From contig CAWAUC010000028.1 of assembly GCA_963785045.1 (NCBI GenBank), forward strand, positions 4,367 through 68,366: 64,000 bases of DNA, written 5' to 3'. Shown piece by piece: positions 37,312 through 47,364 of this stretch; within the stretch, counting starts at the first letter, position 1; each line of letters begins with the position of its first letter. This DNA comes from an uncultured delta proteobacterium (GTDB lineage: Bacteria; Desulfobacterota; Desulfobacteria; Desulfobacterales; SpSt-501). The notes under the pieces are model-generated. The model saw only the letters and a list, made by a program, of their open reading frames with translations. It did not search any database and was not told the origin of the DNA. A program made the position numbers and the translations under genes.

Positions 37312-38160
37312 TCACCAGAAAAGAGCGAGGAGTATTTTTGCACCGACCAACACCAGAGCCACAGCCAGACTTCGAATGATCCATTCCCCTTTGATTTTGC
37401 TGGAAAGATACGCACCCAATTGAGCGCCCACCAGCATCCCTATGCCGATGGCTGCGATGCGGTGCACCCCATGGTGAAATGAACCGAGGAAGATGTGCAC
37501 CAGGGTGGCGATGAAGGTCAGACTGGCCACAATCAACTGGGAAGTACCTGTCGCAATGGCGACGGGAAAATTCATGACAAAAATGAGTAAAGGCACCACC
37601 AAACTACCGCCCCCGATGCCCAGGAAGCTGGCTGCAAAACCAAGAAAGAGGAAAAGTCCCATTCCCAGTATCCGGTTGGATTCATATTCATAGACGATTC
37701 CGTCCACGGCCACCGTGCTGTGACTTATTCCCGAGGTAAAACGGGAGGCTACGCCTTTCCACTCGCGGGCAGTATGCGATTTCGGCCTCACGAGCATGAA
37801 CAGGGCCAGACCGATTAAAAAAACGCTGAAGAGCCCTTCAAAGAATCCACGCGCAATGGTTGCCGTAGTGAGAACACCTGCGATTGCACCGGGAAGCGTT
37901 GCGGCGGCAAACAGCAATCCGGATTTGTATTCAATGCGTTTCATCCTGGCATAGGCTGTGGTGCCTGAAAGGGTGTTGATGAGAACGACAGCTAACGAAA
38001 TAGCCGTCAATTCATGAGGCTGCTCATGCGGATAAAGCCAGAGCAAGAGCGGCATCAGGACGAACCCGCCCCCGGCGCCAATAAGCGTGCCGTAACAACT
38101 CACACCGAATCCCAAAGCGATGAGGCCGATATACTGAAGCGGAGTGTAATTCATTGCCAT
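37312..38160 (-). CDS. TauE/SafE (TSUP) family anion exporter
   Basis: Start at MAMNYTPLQYIGLIALGFGVSCYGTLIGAGGGFVLMPLLLWLY. About 8 TM helices with a repeated GxGGG motif (FLGIGGGSLVVPLL). Confidence 0.75.
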   Translation of the reverse strand: MAMNYTPLQYIGLIALGFGVSCYGTLIGAGGGFVLMPLLLWLYPHEQPHELTAISLAVVLINTLSGTTAYARMKRIEYKSGLLFAAATLPGAIAGVLTTATIARGFFEGLFSVFLIGLALFMLVRPKSHTAREWKGVASRFTSGISHSTVAVDGIVYEYESNRILGMGLFLFLGFAASFLGIGGGSLVVPLLIFVMNFPVAIATGTSQLIVASLTFIATLVHIFLGSFHHGVHRIAAIGIGMLVGAQLGAYLSSKIKGEWIIRSLAVALVLVGAKILLALFW

Positions 38161-38568
38161 CGAATCCCTTCTCAGAGGATTGCGATTCTGGGCGTTTTTC
38201 AAAAAAAAGGAATTAATTTGGGCATTCCGGACGAAGCCGGCCACCGATTCCGATCGAAATTAATTCAGACAAGCCGGCGAATCAATGCAGGGGAGTGCGT
38301 ATTTCAGCGAAAAAATCGACGGTATAAGCCGCGCAGCCCCTCATCACTCCTGCTCAATGAAGGGGCTAAAAAATATTGAATAAGTGAACAGCCGTGTTTT
38401 GTCCTCGTAAAATTGACAACCAGGCTTTGTTACTTAAGTTTATCAACATAACCGAGGGTCAGCAATGAAACGCAAAGCTATTTGACCGCTGTATGTTCTC
38501 TTTGTTTTTCATTTCCCACCTTCGACTCTACAGTTAAAAGAATGGATCCTAAATAAGGAGTCCAAGAG

Positions 38569-39093
38569 ATGGATAGTCAAGGGTTGCGTGCAGTCCAAAT
38601 GCCGATTAAGAAAAAATATATGCATGACCCTCAGGCCGCGGTGTATAATTTGCTTGCTCAGGGCCGCTTGAATCAGAATCGCATATCGGTCCAAATCCAG
38701 TCCGGCCACGGACGCGTCGAGGCTGGTTTGCATTCAGCAACCGGTGGCGATGGAAGTTTCGCTTGCTCCGGAGATATGCTGCTGGAGGCTCTGGCAGCAT
38801 GCGCTGGTGTTACGCTGTGCGCTGTAGCAACTGCCATGGGCATCCAGATCAAGGATGGCACTGTCACTGCAGAAGGTGAACTAGATTTTCGAGGGACACT
38901 CGGGGTGTCCAAGGAAGTCCCCGTTGGGTTCAAGGCAATACGGCTCAACTTCGACCTGGATGCAAATGTTGACCCTGATCAAATGGCAAACTTGATGAAA
39001 CTCACCGAGAGGTACTGCGTTGTACATAGTACTTTGAGTCATCCACCGGACTTATCTATAAGCTGCAGTCAGCAGAAACCAGCAGAAACGTAA
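38569..39093 (+). CDS. OsmC/Ohr-family protein
   Basis: ..GGDGSFACSGDMLLEALAACAGVTLCAVA.. and ..LMKLTERYCVVHSTL match the two conserved Cys regions of the OsmC family. Confidence 0.7.
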   Translation: MDSQGLRAVQMPIKKKYMHDPQAAVYNLLAQGRLNQNRISVQIQSGHGRVEAGLHSATGGDGSFACSGDMLLEALAACAGVTLCAVATAMGIQIKDGTVTAEGELDFRGTLGVSKEVPVGFKAIRLNFDLDANVDPDQMANLMKLTERYCVVHSTLSHPPDLSISCSQQKPAET

Positions 39094-39217
39094 TTTGTCG
39101 GATGGTATTCAAGATCGCCAACAATTCAAAATCATAGCAGATTCTTTCTGTATATCATAGTCTTAACCCTGTCGGATAGTATGTGAAGTGCTTCGAGAGC
39201 CAACTCGCGTTGATGCT

Positions 39218-39531
39218 GGGGGACGCTGTTAGCGTTATTAGAGGAAATCCGCTTTCCTCTGCGACCCTCTGGCCGCGGGAAGCGGAGTCACTTACGGAGA
39301 GAATCGATATAGCAAAGGCTCTGCGTATCTTGTAGAACCTCTGCCAATCGCTCCAAAAAGTGATCCCGATCGGCATCGTCCTGGAATATCCGGCCTCTTT
39401 CGATGCCCCTCACCATGACATACTGCAGGGCACCCACAGCATCGATTCGCGATCGCCTCGGCATGAGACACCGTTACTACTCCCAAGCCTCGCCTGTTAG
39501 CTTTAATACTTAACAACGTACCCTTTCACCT
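39218..39531 (-). repeat. Dispersed repeat copy C: boundary motif + truncated RAYT 5' fragment (39288..39464) + upstream flank
   Basis: Starts gggggacgctgttagcg. The minus strand from ATG 39464 reads MPRRSRIDAVGALQYVMVRGIERGRIFQDDADRDHFLERLAEVLQDTQSLCYIDSLRK*, so the break falls after ..SLCY as in copy B. It ends ..aacaacgtaccctttcacct. Confidence 0.75.
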
Positions 39532-40066
39532 CTACCACGTTCCTCTTGCCTTCTCTGGCTAACTCGTTTATATCTCAATTAATTCTGCCTAAACAAAGAG
39601 ATTCTCCGCGAATAGCAATTAAGCCCTCGCGAATAGTTTTTTACCCAGAGAGGAGGCTGAAATGCAAATCCTTTCCAGGTGTTGGCGATCCCTGATCTTC
39701 TCGTCGCTTTTTCTTATTTCGTCAGCATCGGCATTTCAAATACAACCGGTCGGGACGGAATATGATCAAAAGCTTGCCCAGTTGGATGAATCCAAAGCAG
39801 AGAGGCTATTAGCGAAAATTGCCGACAGGGGGGCTGCAATATTTCTTGAACCCGTCCACGAAGAGATAACAATGTGCCCTTTCACCTACAACAGATATTA
39901 GGTTCGACTATTAGAAGCTGTTTAAAACCGGCATGTCTGCTGCTGTGGTATTGCGGCCTTGCTTGCCTGCCCTGCTGCATTAACATGTGAGATAAAATCC
40001 ATGCTCGTCACGACGCAAGTCGGCGGCCGGTCGTTTCGTGCTGCCGTCCAGGCCGGCTGAAAGAAG

Positions 40067-41059
40067 ATGACCATGTATTACATAAACAATCGATCCCGCA
40101 ATCCGTACTTCAATCTGGCCCTCGAAGAGTACGCGCTGCGCTTTCTGCCCAAGGATCGCTCCTATTTCATGCTGTGGCAGAACGATCCAGCCATCATCAT
40201 CGGCGTCAGTCAAAATACGCTGGAAGAGATCAATCCGATGTTCGTTAAGCAAAACGGCGTGCATGTCGTCCGTCGCCGATCGGGAGGCGGCGCGGTCTAC
40301 CACGATCAAGGCAATCTGAACTTTTCATTTATCACGGACCGGGCAGGCGGTGGGGCCTTTGATTTTAAAAAGTTCACTTTGCCCGTCATCCGTATCTTGC
40401 ACAAACTGGGTATCAGCTCGGCCTTCAGCAACCGCAACGATCTGGTGATCGAAACGCGCAAATTTTCGGGCAACGCCCAGTATGTGTCCAAGGATCGCGT
40501 GCTGCACCACGGCACTCTGCTGGTGCACTCCAACCTGGATCACCTGCAACACGCGCTCACCGTCTCCAAGGACAAAATCCAGGCCAAAGGCATCCGTTCG
40601 GTCAGAAGCCGTGTCACCAACATCAGCGAGCATCTGGGCGAAAAGATTCCCGTGGAGCAACTCAAGGCTCTGCTGCTGGCGGCCATCGCCGAGGAGGAAA
40701 GGGAGATGGTTGAATACCGCCTTGCGGCCCGCGACCTGAAGGGGGTTCACCGGTTGATGCAGGAGCGCTACCTTCGCCGCGATTGGAACTTCGGCCCCTA
40801 TGCCCAATTCAACGTCCGCCGCAGCTACCGTTTCCCCGCTGGCAAAGTGGAAGCGCGCATCGGCGTCACCGGCGGCAGATTGGAGCGCTTGAAATTTTAC
40901 GGGGACTTTTTCTCGCACGGCGACCTGAGCGAGTTCGAACAGCGCCTCATCGGCCGCCGCAGGGAACGGTCTGAAATAAAGGATGCGCTGGAAACGCTGG
41001 ATGTGGGCCACTATTTCCATGGCATTAACAGGGAAGGATTGCTCGATCTTTTGGTCTAG
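40067..41059 (+). CDS. lplA: Lipoate-protein ligase A
   Basis: MTMYYINNRSRNPYFNLALEEYALRF..MLWQNDPAIIIGVSQNTLEEIN...VVRRRSGGGAVYHDQGNLNFSFI...FSGNAQY..VLHHGTLL is the canonical LplA motif series. Confidence 0.85.
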   Translation: MTMYYINNRSRNPYFNLALEEYALRFLPKDRSYFMLWQNDPAIIIGVSQNTLEEINPMFVKQNGVHVVRRRSGGGAVYHDQGNLNFSFITDRAGGGAFDFKKFTLPVIRILHKLGISSAFSNRNDLVIETRKFSGNAQYVSKDRVLHHGTLLVHSNLDHLQHALTVSKDKIQAKGIRSVRSRVTNISEHLGEKIPVEQLKALLLAAIAEEEREMVEYRLAARDLKGVHRLMQERYLRRDWNFGPYAQFNVRRSYRFPAGKVEARIGVTGGRLERLKFYGDFFSHGDLSEFEQRLIGRRRERSEIKDALETLDVGHYFHGINREGLLDLLV

Positions 41060-41179
41060 TGTTTGGTCGACCTTGGGTCTCCGGCGGGCAGCCTTTAATG
41101 CGGTTCGCAGATTGCACGAATTCGCCGTTCAGGTCGAAATATTATCCCCAATCCGGCAATTTCAAGAAAAGGGGCCGTT

Positions 41180-41840
<661 letters not shown>

Positions 41841-41876
41841 CACTGACCTCAAAAGTTGCAGTCGCGCTGAGCGCTG

Positions 41877-42282
41877 AGGACACTGTTAGCTTATTAGGTT
41901 ATTAGAAGCCATCTCAAAATAGCAGATCACAGCCGGGGGCAAGGCGCACACCGATGAAAAAGCGCAGCAACCGCGACTGGTTGTGAGCACTTTCCACTGG
42001 CCGCGGGAAACGCAGTCACTTATTGAGGGAATCGATATAGCAAAGGCTCTGCGTATCTTGTAGAATTTCTCCCAAGCGCTTCAAAAAGTGATCCCGATCG
42101 GCATCGTTCTGGAATATCCTGCCTCTTTCAATGCCCCTCACCATGACATGCTACAGGGCACCCACAGCATCAATTCGAGATCGCCTTGGCAGGCGACACT
42201 ATTACCACTTCCGACCCTCACCGATAGACTTTATAACCTAACGGCGTCCCTTTTATTTCCCAAACTGATTTTCTTACCAGCG
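41877..42282 (-). repeat. Dispersed repeat copy D: boundary motif + half hairpin + RAYT 5' fragment with lost start codon + variant upstream flank
   Basis: gaggacactgttagcttattaggttattagaag.. followed by gatcacagccgggggcaaggcgcacaccgat.., then atagcaaaggctctgcgtatcttgtagaa..gtgatcccgatcggcatcgttctggaatatcc... The position of the ATG reads cag. The flank matches copy E. Confidence 0.75.
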
Positions 42283-42357
42283 TTCCCCCCTTCCCCAGCC
42301 CGTAAAGGATCCGCAAGGCGGTGCCGCCGTAGAAGGCCGCCTTATCCAAGGTAAGAT

Positions 42358-43341
42358 CTAATTCGCTTTTAACCAGTCTACTTTCATGAGTTGACTGGTC
42401 TCCAACGTGGGAACCGACAACGCTGCATTGTTATTACCCGTCATAGTGACAGCCGTTCCCGAGCCGAGATTGACGACGGTAAAAGGCGTTCCGCTCAAGC
42501 CGGCGATACCTTCATCAAAGTAAACGGCCTTCGTGTCTGTAAGACTGGTGAGAGAACCATTGACCGAGGGGCGCTCGACGACCCATTCGGCAGAATTCCC
42601 CACCAGCGTCGTCCCTTTCGGGGCCGTGATTGTGAAGGAGGTGCTGACTCCGCTACTTTGGTTGGTGAGATAGATTGTTGCCGTTGTTGTAGAATTTACG
42701 CAGATCAGGCAATACATGATATCGCCTGGCGAAACGGAAAAATTAGTAATCGCAACTTCGCCGGACGGAAACCATTCCCACCACACATACACCTGCTTGA
42801 TTGAGAAAATCACATTGACGATCTCGGTTTCGGTTCCGGCCTGAAGCACATCATTTGATCCCCAGCCATCTATGCCGACCCATTCCGAGGCATAATAAAT
42901 TCCGAATCCCGGTGCGTGTGGATTCGGGACGGTCCACTGCCCCGCTACCCAGCCAAAGGTCCGTTTGGCAGGAGCCAGTGCAACACTACCGGACCAGTTC
43001 GTACTGGTGGCATTCGCGACCCCTTTGGGCGCAACAATCTTAGTCCGTGTGCTTCCGGGTTTTATCGCAGGACCGTGCGACTTCCCTTCAATTTCGCGAA
43101 AGATAGGTATGATCCAGGTGCGCGGGCGTGACAAGGCTTTGTCCCACATCTGCCGCAGCTTCGGCTGGGTTTTCTTATCTGGTTTGGAAGGAAAGCCGTG
43201 ATGCAGTAAGAGACGCGGCGTTGCGACGAGTGGGTCGAATTCCGGAGGTGGTGACTCGTAGGTGCGAATGGTAAAGCCCTTCGAAGTTTTGGTAATATAC
43301 TCGTTCTTTCCTTTTTGACCGGTTGAGCGTTTTGTTTTCAT
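42358..43341 (-). CDS. Family G1 glutamic peptidase (eqolisin/scytalidoglutamic-peptidase-like), no signal peptide, ~115-aa N-terminal extension
   Basis: Start ATG 43341 is preceded by ggagggatt. G1 motifs are present in order: TSTNWSGSV, ASEWVGIDGWGSNDVLQAGTE (catalytic Gln candidate Q167), VWWEWFP and NSAEWVVERP (catalytic Glu candidate E252). The Gln-Glu spacing is 85 aa. The N-terminus MKTKRSTGQKGKNEYITK is hydrophilic. Confidence 0.75.
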   Translation of the reverse strand: MKTKRSTGQKGKNEYITKTSKGFTIRTYESPPPEFDPLVATPRLLLHHGFPSKPDKKTQPKLRQMWDKALSRPRTWIIPIFREIEGKSHGPAIKPGSTRTKIVAPKGVANATSTNWSGSVALAPAKRTFGWVAGQWTVPNPHAPGFGIYYASEWVGIDGWGSNDVLQAGTETEIVNVIFSIKQVYVWWEWFPSGEVAITNFSVSPGDIMYCLICVNSTTTATIYLTNQSSGVSTSFTITAPKGTTLVGNSAEWVVERPSVNGSLTSLTDTKAVYFDEGIAGLSGTPFTVVNLGSGTAVTMTGNNNAALSVPTLETSQLMKVDWLKAN

Positions 43342-43560
43342 AATCCCTCCTAATGTCATAGGTCGTTCTGTATTCTCGCACCGCGTGTTCTTTTTTTACG
43401 GTGCCCCTAGCCGGAATGGAGAGTTTATCTGAGGAATAATGACACTAAGGGCTGCTTCGCGGCATCTGCGGACCTGACCTTTTCCGGGAAGCCTCCGCCG
43501 GGATGTCATCGTGGAGGCTTCCCGGAGAGATGGGGATGCGGTGTTCAAGGCCGATTGCTG

Positions 43561-45000
43561 CTAAGCTGTTATGGAAATATCCCTCATCACTTCTTCTCGT
43601 AAATAGTTCCAGGCCATATTCATTTCTTTTAGTATGGGTTTGCAATCGGGTGCTTCCTGACCCCTGAACCTTTTGACCGCACATCCGCCTGCGCAGATGA
43701 ATCGGACCTTGCAGTTGGAGCAAGCCGACAGGTGCACCAGGTCCTTGGTGTACCATTCTTCAAGTTTAGTCTCATGCAGTTCAAGTTGGGGGACGTATGA
43801 CCCGACTTTCAGCTCTGGGTCGCCCGCGGCTTCCAGGCAGACATAGATATCTCCCCGGGCATCGAAAATATACATACCGAGCACGGCTTCACAGCGATAG
43901 AGCACCGGCATCTTGGGTTCCTTCTTTTCGATGAGCCTCCTGATGTAATCGAACCCCCGGAAGTGTTCTATGCTGAAAACCTTGGCCAGTCTTGGATCTC
44001 GATTAAAAAGAGTGAGCATTTTCTCAAGGAGTTCACCCTCGTCTGAAATCGCGCCGTATCCTCCCAAGTCGCTGTTGTCCGTAACCGGCGAAACATAACA
44101 GTGAAAATTTTCTGCCTCTAACCACCCCGAAGATAGAATAAATGCTCCTAGGTCACCCATGTGATCAACATTCTCCCGATCCAAATTAACCCGGAGAGAC
44201 AGAGGCAGTCGCTTCTTTATGGCTGCATTCACCCCATTTTCAATCCGGTGGAACGAGCCGCTGCCATTGATGAATGCACGCCGGCTGTCGTGCACTTGCG
44301 GGGGTCCATCAATTGTAATCTGAATGTCCGTGATCATTTTTGTGCCGGCGAGCAAGTCGACAAATTTCTCAAGCTCCACGCCATTTGTTGTGACAGAATA
44401 ACGCAACCCTCGTTTCTCGGAACCCTGGATGATGCGCTCCAATACCTCCCGTTGACGATTCGATCTCAGCAACGGCTCACCGCCTGCAATGGAAACGCCT
44501 GGGACCGGCGCCGTTTTTCCAAATTCTTCTTTTAACTCTCGCATGCCCGCTTCTATCTCATCTATCGCCCGAAAGGCCAGATCCACCATTTCGGTCGTCA
44601 TCAAACCGCCTCTGTCGTTCAATTCCCGTTGAAAGCAGTAAGGACACCTCAGGTTGCACGCATAAGTAGGGAGAAAACCATACTGGCTTCCGCGGCGGCC
44701 GAGGACGATGGCTTCTCGTCGTCCGGCGGTTTCAACGTATTTTTGAATCAGCGCATCCTCTGCTTTGCCGGTCGAGTAAAGGAAACCCTTCTCGATTAAG
44801 TGGTCCAGAATATTGGAACGGGAGTCGTTGCTGACTTCGATCACCTGTGGATTTTCCAACATTCTTAATAATGGATGAGGGATGGATGAATCGTAAAAAT
44901 CCACCTGGCCGTGAAAGAGATTCTGGAGAATATATATGGGCTTCTGGTCTGGCGGCTGGATCTGAAACACGACGTTATATTTGCTCGGCCACAGCTTCAT
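43561..45000 (-). CDS. Radical SAM / SPASM-domain peptide maturase with N-terminal RRE-like extension
   Basis: Start ATG 45000 (aaaggagggatgtgATG). CNLRCPYC lies at 44635..44658. The ~105-aa N-terminal extension includes a wHTH-like ILDHLIEKGFLY. The C-terminal SPASM-type Cys cluster is YRCEAVLGMYIFDARGDIYVCLE...LSACSNCKVRFICAGGCAV. Confidence 0.85.
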   Translation of the reverse strand: MKLWPSKYNVVFQIQPPDQKPIYILQNLFHGQVDFYDSSIPHPLLRMLENPQVIEVSNDSRSNILDHLIEKGFLYSTGKAEDALIQKYVETAGRREAIVLGRRGSQYGFLPTYACNLRCPYCFQRELNDRGGLMTTEMVDLAFRAIDEIEAGMRELKEEFGKTAPVPGVSIAGGEPLLRSNRQREVLERIIQGSEKRGLRYSVTTNGVELEKFVDLLAGTKMITDIQITIDGPPQVHDSRRAFINGSGSFHRIENGVNAAIKKRLPLSLRVNLDRENVDHMGDLGAFILSSGWLEAENFHCYVSPVTDNSDLGGYGAISDEGELLEKMLTLFNRDPRLAKVFSIEHFRGFDYIRRLIEKKEPKMPVLYRCEAVLGMYIFDARGDIYVCLEAAGDPELKVGSYVPQLELHETKLEEWYTKDLVHLSACSNCKVRFICAGGCAVKRFRGQEAPDCKPILKEMNMAWNYLREEVMRDISITA

Positions 45001-45103
45001 CACATCCCTCCTTTTGATTGACGTCTCCCTCACGTGCTGCGGGGGTCGGCGTCCCTGAAATGTTCTCCCAATGCTGTCGTGCTCAGGCGTGGAATAGATG
45101 GAA

Positions 45104-45331
45104 CTATGTGATCCTCACGCAGCAAAAGCTCACACAGCAGCCATGGAAGCAACAGGATAGCGCGGCAAGCTGCTCCCGCATCAAGCTATCCATTTTTGAC
45201 CGGAAACCTTCGATGGAACCTCTAAGGACTGGGTCCCCATCCAGGGTCAGGCGAATTTCACCGATCTTGGTATCCCCAACCGCGGATCGCACTAGAAGGT
45301 TTTCCTTGCCCTTCTTGGTATCTTCTGCCAT
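45104..45331 (-). CDS. Candidate RiPP precursor peptide, 75 aa, with C-terminal CC-x3-CC-x3-CC core
   Basis: An internal start of ORF 45104..45472 is preceded by gggaaaggagggctctATG. The product is MAEDTKKGKENLLVRSAVGDTKIGEIRLTLDGDPVLRGSIEGFRSKMDSLMREQLAALSCCFHGCCVSFCCVRIT. It ends 70 nt upstream of the rSAM gene on the same strand. Confidence 0.6.
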   Translation of the reverse strand: MAEDTKKGKENLLVRSAVGDTKIGEIRLTLDGDPVLRGSIEGFRSKMDSLMREQLAALSCCFHGCCVSFCCVRIT

Positions 45332-45941
45332 AGAGCCCTCCTTTCCCAAGTTAGTCCGAGCCGATTCCTCCGGCCGGCGGTTAAATCCAGCGCCACACCG
45401 TAGCGTCTCTTTTACACGAGTCCAAGCGTATGAATCGATAGGGTCAACTGTGTATTTTTCGTCTACAGGCACCTTGTTTTTGACAAGCTCACCGGAAATG
45501 AGGTGAGAGACGCTGGGGGAAAGCGGTGCTCAGAACGATGCCTTGGCCATTCGTAAAATTTGGCACTTCTTGAGAATCAGATAGGGCAGCAGATTAAGTA
45601 TGTCGTGAAGCGAATTTTCCAATGCGGGTGAACTGTCACTGCACTAAAAAAAATTACTTGTGACCCTCAATGGCCGTCAGTGCGATTAGACGGTGCTGCA
45701 GGAATATTCCAGGCGGGCTTTTCGTGGCGTGCAAAACAATTTTAAGGAGGGAATCCATCGTCAAATAGAATAAGTTACGTCTTTGCTCCCTCTAATTAGC
45801 AAATAAGGCATTAAAGATAGACCGTCTCCATTATACCCTTCTGCCGGTTGTCGGCAGGGTGCCTCCTCTGCAGGTGCGGCTGCCGGAACACGCGGCATAG
45901 CCCTTTCCGGCGCGGCCCGCCTGCAAGAACACACTCCGCAT

Positions 45942-45985
45942 AAAAACCGAAAGGCCGTGGGGGGCAATCCCTCCCGCGGCCTTTC
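45942..45985 (-). terminator. Rho-independent terminator of the hydrogenase/Hdr operon
   Basis: A 16-bp stem (gaaaggccgtgggggg / ccctcccgcggcctttc, 45949..45985) is followed on the minus strand by ggttttt. It lies 29 nt after the stop at 46014. Confidence 0.75.
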
Positions 45986-46013
45986 ACATTGCCGCAAGCA
46001 ATTCCCTGCTGCC

Positions 46014-47192
46014 TCATTTACCCTGCCACCACCGGAAGATGCGGTAGTCGTCCAGCATGCGCGGCTCCTTCTTCACGCAGGCGAGCGGCGGGATCAGGTT
46101 CAGCTCCTTGACGTCGCGCACCGACTGGGAGCGCACCAGGGAGTTGAGATTGGCGAGCATGGTGGCGGACATCCGCGCCCGCGTGTCGGCGTCGGCCGTG
46201 GCGCTGTGGGGCGTGAAGATGAAGCGCAGGTCCGGCCGCTCGGCGGCGATCTCGCGGAACTCGTTCAGCGTCTGCGCGGGGATGGGCTCGTCCTCATAGA
46301 CGTCGAACGCGAGGTGGATGGCGATCTCCTTGGTCTTCAGCAGCCGGATCAGCGCGGCGGTGTCGACGATGGCGCCGCGGGCCGTGTTCACCAGAAGCGC
46401 GCGCGGCCGCATCAGCCGCAGGAGGTGCTCGCCGACAAAGTGCCGGGTCTCCTCGGCGAGCGGGATGTGAATCGAGACGATGTCGGCGGCCCTGAAAAGC
46501 TGCTCGACGTCTTCGTAGTAGGTCAAATTGGGAAACTTTTCCTCCAGTTCGGCACTCTGGAAGATGTCATGGTAGGTGACGTGGATGCCCCAGGGCGCCA
46601 CGCGGTGCACGACCTCCCGGCCGATTTCGCCCAGACCCAGGATACCGTAGGTCAGGTTTTCGGTGTTCTTGGTGATGTGCCTGTCCAAGTCCCACTTCTC
46701 GCCGGGGGCCCACTGCCCGCTCCAGACGTAGTTGTTGAGGCCCACGATGTTTCGCAGATTGGCCAGGATGAGCGAGACGGTGTAGTCGGCGATGGTCCCG
46801 GCCAGGACCCCGGGCGTGTTGGTGACGATCACACCGGGATGCAGGTGGATGTGGTCCCAGCCGACGTTGCTCGTGCTGACGGCCTTGACGCTAGGGATGG
46901 AGACGATCTGCTCGGTGATGCGGTGGCCGAGGTGACAGCCGATAAAGTCGACGTCGTTCTGCGTCACCACGCGCTGCATCTCCTCCGCGCTCGGGAACCG
47001 GCTGTCGGCCACGATGACGTGAGCGGCGGTGTTCAGGTTGCTCCACACCTTGTTGATCATGAATTTATACCTCACGGACACCCTTGCATTGTCCGCGATC
47101 TCCCGAAAAACCGGCGATGCCAGGTAGACGGTGGGGGTCGTTCCTTTCACAATTCCTCCTCCCTTCATGCCAGGCTGCTGATCAACGCTCAT
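46014..47192 (-). CDS. D-isomer-specific 2-hydroxyacid dehydrogenase family protein (NAD-binding)
   Basis: GILGLGEIGREV (GxGxxG), ..LLVNTARGAIVD.., ..AFDVYEDEP.. and ..FTPHSA.. are present. The start is possibly Met at 47168. Confidence 0.75.
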   Translation of the reverse strand: MSVDQQPGMKGGGIVKGTTPTVYLASPVFREIADNARVSVRYKFMINKVWSNLNTAAHVIVADSRFPSAEEMQRVVTQNDVDFIGCHLGHRITEQIVSIPSVKAVSTSNVGWDHIHLHPGVIVTNTPGVLAGTIADYTVSLILANLRNIVGLNNYVWSGQWAPGEKWDLDRHITKNTENLTYGILGLGEIGREVVHRVAPWGIHVTYHDIFQSAELEEKFPNLTYYEDVEQLFRAADIVSIHIPLAEETRHFVGEHLLRLMRPRALLVNTARGAIVDTAALIRLLKTKEIAIHLAFDVYEDEPIPAQTLNEFREIAAERPDLRFIFTPHSATADADTRARMSATMLANLNSLVRSQSVRDVKELNLIPPLACVKKEPRMLDDYRIFRWWQGK

Positions 47193-47364
47193 CTGCGGCG
47201 TTATGCGCCTTCCCCGTCATTGGCACACCTCGTTCCTCGGGACGTCGCATGCCTTGCACCTGTAAGTCTCCGAGCCGCCTGGCCAAACAGTGTTTACGTC
47301 CGAGCGCCGCGCCTTTCGCTCCGTTGGTTTCCGCGGAGGGAAGGCTCGGCGGTTGCCGCCCTGC

